A stretch of 64,000 nt of DNA from Marispirochaeta sp. (GTDB taxonomy: Bacteria; Spirochaetota; Spirochaetia; JC444; Marispirochaetaceae): positions 512,001 to 576,000 of the forward strand of contig CAXXFF010000003.1 in NCBI GenBank assembly GCA_963676835.2. Reading direction: 5' to 3'. Both the position numbers and the translations under genes were made by a program. Below, piece by piece: positions 57,689 to 64,000 of this stretch (position 1 is the first letter of the stretch; each line of letters begins with the position of its first letter). A model generated the notes under the pieces. The model had not been told where the DNA came from. It did no database searches and was given only the letters and a program-made list of their open reading frames with translations.

Positions 57689-58855
57689 CTATTTTTTCAG
57701 GAATTCCTGTATGCCGAATTTAAACCGCCCAAGGGCGTCCTGCAGAACCGATCGGGGGCAAGCAGTATTCATACGCAAAAAGCCCCGGCCTCCGGTTCCG
57801 TAGTGACCACCGTCGGTGAGGTACAAACCGGTACGCTCCCGCAGATACAGGTAGAGTTCGTCGCTGTCGGCACAAATTTTCCGGCAGTCAATCCATAACA
57901 GGTAGGTTGCTTCCGAGGGAACAACCGTTAGTTCCGGAAGATGCTCTTTGACAAAAGAACGTACCAACAATTTGTTCTGATACAGATATTCCCGTAATTG
58001 ATCCAACCACGGCTCACCTTCATTAAAGGCGGCGAGAACCGCAGTCACTGCAAAAGAATTGGGCTCCGCCACCTCATCGGTATTCAGCCCCCGGTTAACC
58101 TTATGCCGCAGATTCTTATTGGGAACAACAACCGCCGCAGAGTGAATCCCCGCAAGATTAAACGCCTTTGTCGGAGCAATACAGGTAATACTATTCTCCC
58201 GGCAGGCTTCCGAAACTGAAGCAAAGGGAATATATTCTTCACCTGGATCAGTCAGGTCGCAGTGAATCTCATCGGAGATTACTATCACGTGGTTTTCCCT
58301 GCAGAGCTTTCCTATTCTTCCAAGGGTTTCCCGGTCCCATATTCTGCCAACCGGATTATGGGGATTGCAAAGTATCATGAGATTGGTCTGGGGATCGCTC
58401 AGCTTTATTTCCAGATCTGCAAAATCGATTGAATATTGGCTCCCGTCATAGTGCAGAGGCGACTCAAGAACCTGCCGCCCGTTATTGACAATGGAATTAT
58501 AGAAAATGTTATATACCGGACTCTGGATAAGGACTTTTTCACCTACCGTAGTAAGCTTCCGGACAATGCTGGAAATTGCAGGCACAACACCTGTACAGAA
58601 AAGAAGCCAGTCCCGGGAAATGCCAAAGGAGTGTCTTCGTTTCCACCAGGAAACATAGGCGTTGTCCCACTGATCGGGAATAATACCATAGCCGAAAACA
58701 CCATGATCTATACGCTCCCGAAATGCCTGTTTGATCTCCGGTGCGGTCTGAAAATCCATATCCGCAACCCACAGGGGCAGCTCGTTTTCTGCAACATCCC
58801 ATTTATAGCTGTCGGTGTCCCTGCGGTTTACAGACTGATCAAAATCATAGTTCAT
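57689..58855 (-). CDS. MalY/PatB family PLP-dependent C-S lyase
   Basis: 'PLWVADMDF', 'LCNPHNPVG', 'SDEIH', 'PTKAFN'. Confidence 0.93.
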   Translation of the reverse strand: MNYDFDQSVNRRDTDSYKWDVAENELPLWVADMDFQTAPEIKQAFRERIDHGVFGYGIIPDQWDNAYVSWWKRRHSFGISRDWLLFCTGVVPAISSIVRKLTTVGEKVLIQSPVYNIFYNSIVNNGRQVLESPLHYDGSQYSIDFADLEIKLSDPQTNLMILCNPHNPVGRIWDRETLGRIGKLCRENHVIVISDEIHCDLTDPGEEYIPFASVSEACRENSITCIAPTKAFNLAGIHSAAVVVPNKNLRHKVNRGLNTDEVAEPNSFAVTAVLAAFNEGEPWLDQLREYLYQNKLLVRSFVKEHLPELTVVPSEATYLLWIDCRKICADSDELYLYLRERTGLYLTDGGHYGTGGRGFLRMNTACPRSVLQDALGRFKFGIQEFLKK

Positions 58856-59727
58856 CAAATCGCTTTGGCAAGCTCATCCGCTTCTGAATGGCAGATAATT
58901 CTGGTTTTTTCAGTATCAACACTCTCATCATCAAGAGTTATCTCACCTATGCTGTCGGCACGGATAATTCCCCCTGCGGGATTTTTTATGCTGTCGATCT
59001 TTCCGTTAACTTCAACATCAACAGTAGAATATTCGAATGCCAGTGTAGTATTGAGCAGTGTACAGTCCTTCATTACCAGATTGTCGATATAACACATACC
59101 CTGCAGACTCTCTATAGTGCAGTTTATCAGCGTAAGATTCTTTGAGTTCCAGCCAAGGTATTCGCTGGTAATAAACGAATCATATACCGTTACATTTTCA
59201 CTGTTCCAGAATGCATCTTTGGTAATGAGCCTGGCATTTTGAATGTCAGCATTTTTCACACCGTCAAAACAGTAGCCGCCAACCAGGGACAATCCCCGGA
59301 CGGTGATATCTTCGCTGTTCATGGCAAAATAGTCGCCTTTCGCACTAATATTTTCCAGTGTCACATCCCGACAGTTCCATAATGTTTCAGCCGCATTGGA
59401 CATAGTAACATTTCTCATACTGACACCATTGCAGCGCCGGAAGTTCTTGGGAGCTTCAATAATACTGTCAGAAACGCTTATATTATTGCTGTACCATACA
59501 CCCGCTCTCGCCATTTCCATCCAGGTACATTCATTCAGTGTAATGTCATTGCTGTACCAGACAGGATATTTCCACTTGAAAATACTCTTGTCCAACTCTA
59601 TTCGTCGGCATTCCTTTACAGGAGATTCTCCGTCCTCAAATATTGATTCGGTAACAAGCAGATCCTGTTCCTGAAAAAGCGACCTTTCCCCGGAGAATGT
59701 CCTCTGCTGTATTATGCGTGTATTCAT
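58855..59727 (-). CDS. DUF3737 family beta-helix protein
   Basis: 'GERSLF', 'GESP.KE', 'WKYPVWY', 'SEYLGWNS', 'LAFEYS'. Confidence 0.87.
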   Translation of the reverse strand: MNTRIIQQRTFSGERSLFQEQDLLVTESIFEDGESPVKECRRIELDKSIFKWKYPVWYSNDITLNECTWMEMARAGVWYSNNISVSDSIIEAPKNFRRCNGVSMRNVTMSNAAETLWNCRDVTLENISAKGDYFAMNSEDITVRGLSLVGGYCFDGVKNADIQNARLITKDAFWNSENVTVYDSFITSEYLGWNSKNLTLINCTIESLQGMCYIDNLVMKDCTLLNTTLAFEYSTVDVEVNGKIDSIKNPAGGIIRADSIGEITLDDESVDTEKTRIICHSEADELAKAI

Positions 59728-59755
59728 GCTGTTTACCTCTAATAAGTCTAATTAA

Positions 59756-59786
59756 AATGTACTAGTTGGAGTCAACTCCAGGTCAA
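59756..59786 (-). promoter_or_regulatory. MerR-type promoter/operator (19-bp spacer) for the DUF3737-patB operon
   Basis: TTGACC-N19-TACATT with the dyad TGGAGT-CA-ACTCCA. Confidence 0.8.
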
Positions 59787-59809
59787 GAGGAAGAACCGGT
59801 TTTATCGTC

Positions 59810-59844
59810 AAAAACGGAGCCACCTTCTGGTTGAAGGGGCTCCG
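59810..59844 (-). terminator. Rho-independent terminator
   Basis: Hairpin CGGAGCCCCTTC...GAAGGTGGCTCCG followed by TTTTT on the minus strand. Confidence 0.7.
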
Positions 59845-59874
59845 GCATAGAACGGTTCAGGACTTTTTATAGAT

Positions 59875-60939
59875 CTAAAGGTTTTCAGAGAAGAAAGAAT
59901 CCATTTTTTCAAAAGGAATAAGATCTTCCTTATCGTACAAATCTACATGTCCCGCACCGGGAACAATCACCAGCTCCTTGGGTTCCGCTGCCCTGGCATA
60001 TGCCTCTTCGGTAAAATAGCGTGAGTGTGCATTCTCTCCCATAATAAAAAGGATAGGCCTGGGAGAAATGGTATCAATATAGCTCAACAGAGGAAAATTC
60101 ATAAAAGACATGGCACTGGTCACTGTGAAGTTATCCACAACATTGGGATGCCAGCCCCTTTCCATGGCATAGTACTCAAAAAATTCAGCAGCTACCGGAG
60201 GGAGTCCTTCGGGAACAGAATCCATGGGTTCCGGGGGAAATCCACGAGAAGGCATTGCAGGATAACCATTCTCAAAATCGGTCCAGCGCTGCTGACTCAG
60301 CTGTTCCAGGGTCTGGTTCCGCTGATCATCTGTGAGGTAATACCCCAAACCATCACGAATAAAGCTGCTTATATCGTACATGCTTGTAGTAGCTACAGCC
60401 TTGATTCGTTTATCAACCTGGGCTGCAGTAAGGGAGAAACCACCGCTTCCGCAGATTCCGATGACACCGATCCGTTCCCGGTCAACAAAAGGAAGGGTTC
60501 CAAGAAAGTCTACACCGGCACTGAAATCTTCTACAAAGAAATCCGGAGAAGAAACATCCCTGGGAAATCCTCCGCTCTCACCGTTAAAGGATTCATCGAA
60601 AGCAATAGCCACATAACCGCGCTCCGCCATGTTCATTCCATAGATTCCCGCGCCTTGCTCTTTTACCCCGCCATAGGGAGTTCCGACAAGGAGAGCCGGA
60701 TATTTTTTACTCCGGTCAATGTCTGCAGGCAGAAACATATGTCCTGCAATGGTAATTCCATAACGGTTTTTGTACTGAACCGGTTCAAGAATTACATCAT
60801 TCCGCAAATCATAAGTCAGGTACATTGATTCCACGGATTTTATCATTTCTGGAGCTTGTGCCCCTTGAGTGCTGGCACAACCGAGAAAAAGTAGTGCAGG
60901 CACTGCAATAAACAGTACTGAAAGTAATTTTCGTTTCAT
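59875..60939 (-). CDS. alpha/beta hydrolase lipoprotein (YcjY-like)
   Basis: Lipobox 'FLGC'; 'GGVKEQ', nucleophile motif 'GICGSGG', 'HVDLYD'. Confidence 0.9.
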   Translation of the reverse strand: MKRKLLSVLFIAVPALLFLGCASTQGAQAPEMIKSVESMYLTYDLRNDVILEPVQYKNRYGITIAGHMFLPADIDRSKKYPALLVGTPYGGVKEQGAGIYGMNMAERGYVAIAFDESFNGESGGFPRDVSSPDFFVEDFSAGVDFLGTLPFVDRERIGVIGICGSGGFSLTAAQVDKRIKAVATTSMYDISSFIRDGLGYYLTDDQRNQTLEQLSQQRWTDFENGYPAMPSRGFPPEPMDSVPEGLPPVAAEFFEYYAMERGWHPNVVDNFTVTSAMSFMNFPLLSYIDTISPRPILFIMGENAHSRYFTEEAYARAAEPKELVIVPGAGHVDLYDKEDLIPFEKMDSFFSENL

Positions 60940-60995
60940 GTGACCACCTCTCACTGATCCTGCTGCTGAAATGCAGCAGCCTCTATATGCACTTC

Positions 60996-61060
60996 AAAGT
61001 AACTTTGAAAGAAAACTTTTGGCAGTGAACCGTATCATTTTCCGCCATGACCCCGGTCAT
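60996..61060 (-). promoter_or_regulatory. activator-dependent promoter with tandem TGAC-N4-GTCA-type boxes (copy 2)
   Basis: ATGAC-CCCG-GTCAT, second box 22 bp away, GGCAGTGA and -10 TACTTT, all colinear with 57094-57160. Confidence 0.65.
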
Positions 61061-61174
61061 ACTCAGATATGGCCGTGTCTGGCCCCGGCTTATGCCGCAC
61101 CAGACAGAGCCGTATTGCAGCAGGAATGTATCGGAGGATAAAAAAGCAATTAAGGGAGTATCATGTAACGGCAG

Positions 61175-61849
61175 TTAAAACCCCAGAGAACCGAGCCACA
61201 TGTTGATATCGTCCTCCGAAGCAGCTGTTTCGGACCGGTAAACACCAATTTCCTGCTTCAAGACCGTACGGGAAGGAAGAATCGACTTAAGATCCCGAAT
61301 AGTCCGGGCTTTGCCGCTGGTGCCGTGAGAGACAAAGGGAATTATAGTTTTCCCCTCAAAATCATGACTCTCTACAAAATTCGCCACCGCCATGGGAATA
61401 GTGTACCACCAGGTGGGAAACCCCAGAAAAACCACATCATACTCAGCCATATTCTGAACATATCCTGCCATCTCAGGTTTTACTTTCCGCGCCTTTTCAC
61501 GGGATGCCCGATCAAGACACTCATCCCAGTAACAGGAATACTTATCAACCACCTTAATGGAATAAAGATCCCCGCCGGTTCTCTCCTGAATCCATCCTGC
61601 AAGCCTGGCGGTATTCCCCGGAGGAACAACACTTGCTGATGTAACACCATCAACTGCCGCCCTGTTTTCCATACTGAAAACATGACCGTTCGCCTCTCGT
61701 ACGGCCCTTTCCCGATCAAGAATCACGGTGTTATCCGCCCAGGTGAAATAGGCGATAAGAATGCGGTCTTCAGCCTGAACAGTCGAACCGAGAATTGAAA
61801 CAAATAGGATACAAAGTAAAGCAGCAGTTTTTACTGGTTGTAATATCAT
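61175..61849 (-). CDS. flavodoxin-family protein with signal peptide
   Basis: 'ILIAYFTWADNT', 'GNTARLA', 'FLGFPTWW', 'IPFVSHGTSG'. Confidence 0.88.
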   Translation of the reverse strand: MILQPVKTAALLCILFVSILGSTVQAEDRILIAYFTWADNTVILDRERAVREANGHVFSMENRAAVDGVTSASVVPPGNTARLAGWIQERTGGDLYSIKVVDKYSCYWDECLDRASREKARKVKPEMAGYVQNMAEYDVVFLGFPTWWYTIPMAVANFVESHDFEGKTIIPFVSHGTSGKARTIRDLKSILPSRTVLKQEIGVYRSETAASEDDINMWLGSLGF

Positions 61850-62530
61850 TCACACCTCTTTTACAGTTTTTTTACGGGATAAAAGCAAAGAAAGATAATA
61901 AGCCCCGCTGGCAAAGAGCATCAGCATGGCGACGTATTCAGAGAAAAAGGCTACCGGAGACTGCTCAAAATCAAAGTACACAAACATTGTCCGCATAAAA
62001 AGGTAGGAGACAATCTGATGTTTGATAAAGGCATAAACGCCGAAGAGTGATACGCCCGCTGCAAAGATCCGACCCGTTATCGTAAACCAGAAGGAAAACA
62101 GCTTTGTCTTCTTTTTAGTTACTGATTTTATAACCCTGCTCCAGTGAAGACCGAGATGCAGGCTGGATAAAATAAACAGCCAGTATGCACTTACCATATG
62201 CACTGTTCTGGCGGTTCCCATGCCGCTCTCTATTCCAAGAAAGCGAAAAACATGGTTTGAGAGGATAATACCGCTGCTTATCTGTGCAACAACCGCAGCA
62301 AGGAGCAGAAAATTAATGCCTGTATTAGTGATTCGCTTAACTGGACATCTCCCTTTCAACAGGGACGAATACCAATTCCTGTTCAACAGATTATGCAGAA
62401 TCCAGAGGCCAATCATTACCGTCCCGATTATCTCGTGAGCAATATCGCCGGTAACCATATAGCCCATCAAAAGGATCAGGGCTATAGTCATGGCAATATC
62501 AACAGGGATTCTTAAACGTGCAGGTTTCAT
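61850..62530 (-). CDS. DUF4405 family membrane protein (cytochrome b-like His pairs)
   Basis: 'HEIIGTVMIGLWILH' and 'HMVSAYWLFILSSLHLGLHW'. Confidence 0.8.
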   Translation of the reverse strand: MKPARLRIPVDIAMTIALILLMGYMVTGDIAHEIIGTVMIGLWILHNLLNRNWYSSLLKGRCPVKRITNTGINFLLLAAVVAQISSGIILSNHVFRFLGIESGMGTARTVHMVSAYWLFILSSLHLGLHWSRVIKSVTKKKTKLFSFWFTITGRIFAAGVSLFGVYAFIKHQIVSYLFMRTMFVYFDFEQSPVAFFSEYVAMLMLFASGAYYLSLLLSRKKTVKEV

Positions 62531-63012
62531 GAAAGACCAAGTTTTTGAAGGCAGGATGCGATCCTCTCGGCTACACCACCACCTCCGCTGCCAGTCAGAA
62601 TCAAAGGCTCCAGAACAGTGGAATCGGGACAGGATTTTTCAATATCCTTCACATAATGCCCGGCTCCGCCACCTCCGTGAGAAAAAAACGGCACAATATT
62701 CTTCCCGGAAAGATCTACCGTTGAAAGAAATGCGGAAACAGGTGGCGCCATGGTACTCCACCAGTTGGGCGATCCAATAAAAACGGTGTCACAGGATTCC
62801 GGAATGTCAGGGATTGCGGTCAGCTCCGGGATTACACCGGCACGAATCTCCTTCCTGGCCTGTGTGGTACAGGCACTGTAGTTTTCCGGATATGGGTTTA
62901 CGGGGATCAGTTCAAACAGAGATCCACCGGTCTGTTTTCCAATTGTTTCAGCGATCTTCCGGGTGTTGCCGGACCAGGAATAATAAACTACCAATATATT
63001 TTCGCTCATCAT
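62527..63012 (-). CDS. flavodoxin (cytoplasmic)
   Basis: 'YYSWSGNT', 'GSPNWW', 'PFFSHGGGG'. Confidence 0.92.
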   Translation of the reverse strand: MMSENILVVYYSWSGNTRKIAETIGKQTGGSLFELIPVNPYPENYSACTTQARKEIRAGVIPELTAIPDIPESCDTVFIGSPNWWSTMAPPVSAFLSTVDLSGKNIVPFFSHGGGGAGHYVKDIEKSCPDSTVLEPLILTGSGGGGVAERIASCLQKLGLS

Positions 63013-63050
63013 TTATCTCCTTGCCTTCTGTAAGCTTGCCTGAGTTTCCA

Positions 63051-63437
63051 TCAAGTCTGAGGATCCGCTATGGAGCGCTCCACTCCGACCATAATTTTTT
63101 CATAATTATCAATCTTGTAGTTGAGTCTATTTAGAGTATCCTGAAGCTCACGGACACGGTCAGCAAGCAGGTCTCTCTGTTCGGTAAGCAGATTCTTGCG
63201 GGTTTCAATGGTATCATCGCCTTCCTGAAAGAGACCCACGTATTCAATAAGGACTTCAATGGTAAGGCCCGCGTTCCGCATACAGGTTATAAATTCAACC
63301 CAGCGTTCATCCTCTTCTGAGTAGTCCCTGTTTCCTCCCCGGCTGCGTGTAACAGGCGGGAGCAGTCCTATCCTCTCGTAATACCTGAGGGTATCGGGAG
63401 TTATTTTATATTTCTGGGCAATCTCGGATATCTGCAT
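63051..63437 (-). CDS. MerR family regulator (AdhR/NmlR-like)
   Basis: 'TLRYYERIGL', 'WVEFITCMRNAG', 'RLNYKIDNY'. Confidence 0.92.
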   Translation of the reverse strand: MQISEIAQKYKITPDTLRYYERIGLLPPVTRSRGGNRDYSEEDERWVEFITCMRNAGLTIEVLIEYVGLFQEGDDTIETRKNLLTEQRDLLADRVRELQDTLNRLNYKIDNYEKIMVGVERSIADPQT

Positions 63438-63456
63438 ACACTTACCTCGTAGTTAC

Positions 63457-63487
63457 AAGGTAACACCTGGAGTTAACTCCAGGTCAA
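63457..63487 (-). promoter_or_regulatory. MerR-type promoter/operator of the merR-flavodoxin operon
   Basis: TTGACC-N19-TACCTT with the perfect 20-bp palindrome ACCTGGAGTTAACTCCAGGT (63465-63484). Confidence 0.85.
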
Positions 63488-63545
63488 TAGGCAAATATTA
63501 TTATAAAAATGGATAATACAATTAGGTTTTTATACAATTCAGAAT

Positions 63546-64000
63546 GTGAGCATTAAAATCTACGGTGAACTTTTTGCCTCTGAATCCCTCCGGGGAGAAC
63601 GGATTCACTGGAAAATAAACTGGATTATCTACCCTGCACTTCTCTTGTTGAGTATTCTCACCTGGTCTTTACAGAATAACAGAGTTGCCGGGATTGTCGG
63701 AATATCCCTTTCTCTTGCAAATATTCTTTACAACACTTTTCTCGGCTATTTTATCTACCGGAAAAAGTCCGTACAGTATCTGAGTTATATCACCATCAGC
63801 CTTAACATACTCTCTGTAGCCGTTTATAACTACTTCGATGCCCTGAGCAATGGTCCAGCCTTAACTGCTACATCTGCAGCTATACTTATATATCCGCTGA
63901 TAATGTTCCTGGCGTCTTTACGTATGGACGGCATCCTGGTTGCCTATTCAACCATCCTCTGCACCGCAGTAATGAATCTGCTCTACTTCCATTTCAATGG
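63546..64000 (+). CDS. 5' part of a membrane protein, possibly the sensor region of a signalling protein (3'-truncated)
   Basis: Open frame from GTG 63546 (MSIKIYGELFASESLRGE...) to the window end with several TM segments. Confidence 0.7.
   Translation, partial: MSIKIYGELFASESLRGERIHWKINWIIYPALLLLSILTWSLQNNRVAGIVGISLSLANILYNTFLGYFIYRKKSVQYLSYITISLNILSVAVYNYFDALSNGPALTATSAAILIYPLIMFLASLRMDGILVAYSTILCTAVMNLLYFHFN

Noticed and set aside
46227..60828. Long plus-strand ORFs 46227-46811, 48372-49154, 58436-59092, 60025-60828
   Set aside because: Antisense shadows of well-supported minus-strand genes with no recognisable motifs
60993..61009. Palindrome TTCAAAGT-A-ACTTTGAA as a third MerR operator
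   Set aside because: Different sequence and spacing from the two MerR dyads and no TTGAC -35; it overlaps the -10 of the NarL-type promoter (an extra repressor site cannot be excluded)
8789..64000. Integrase-bounded genomic island or prophage at the tRNA
   Set aside because: No integrase or phage genes and no distal attR copy noticed within the window

Overview
Bacterial chromosomal window, probably from a free-living spirochaete. This is inferred from the 'LFAGGxxE/D'-type signal peptides of the solute-binding proteins and the spirochaetal lipoprotein-type leaders. Positions 1-8.8 kb look like backbone: GntR, beta-phosphoglucomutase, an RND pair, a TPR protein and a tRNA with CAT anticodon (Ile2-like). 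Downstream of the tRNA is a long accessory mosaic. It holds a tRNA-derived repeat element, an IS21 with a frameshifted istA, a 149-bp MITE-like element, orphan and chimeric genes, and two parallel modules of AraC + UroD-family + TRAP + sugar-acid enzyme (ulaG-like, rhmD-like). It also holds a cell-envelope operon (an OmpA/cadherin-like/beta-barrel protein, an InlB-repeat/LamG lipoprotein and a two-component system) and a decayed DUF362-permease copy. The last ~18 kb is a redox/aldehyde-stress cluster in which many normally cytoplasmic families carry export signals, with readable MerR-type and NarL-type operator/promoter motifs. All family calls come from motif recognition by eye; no database searches were run.
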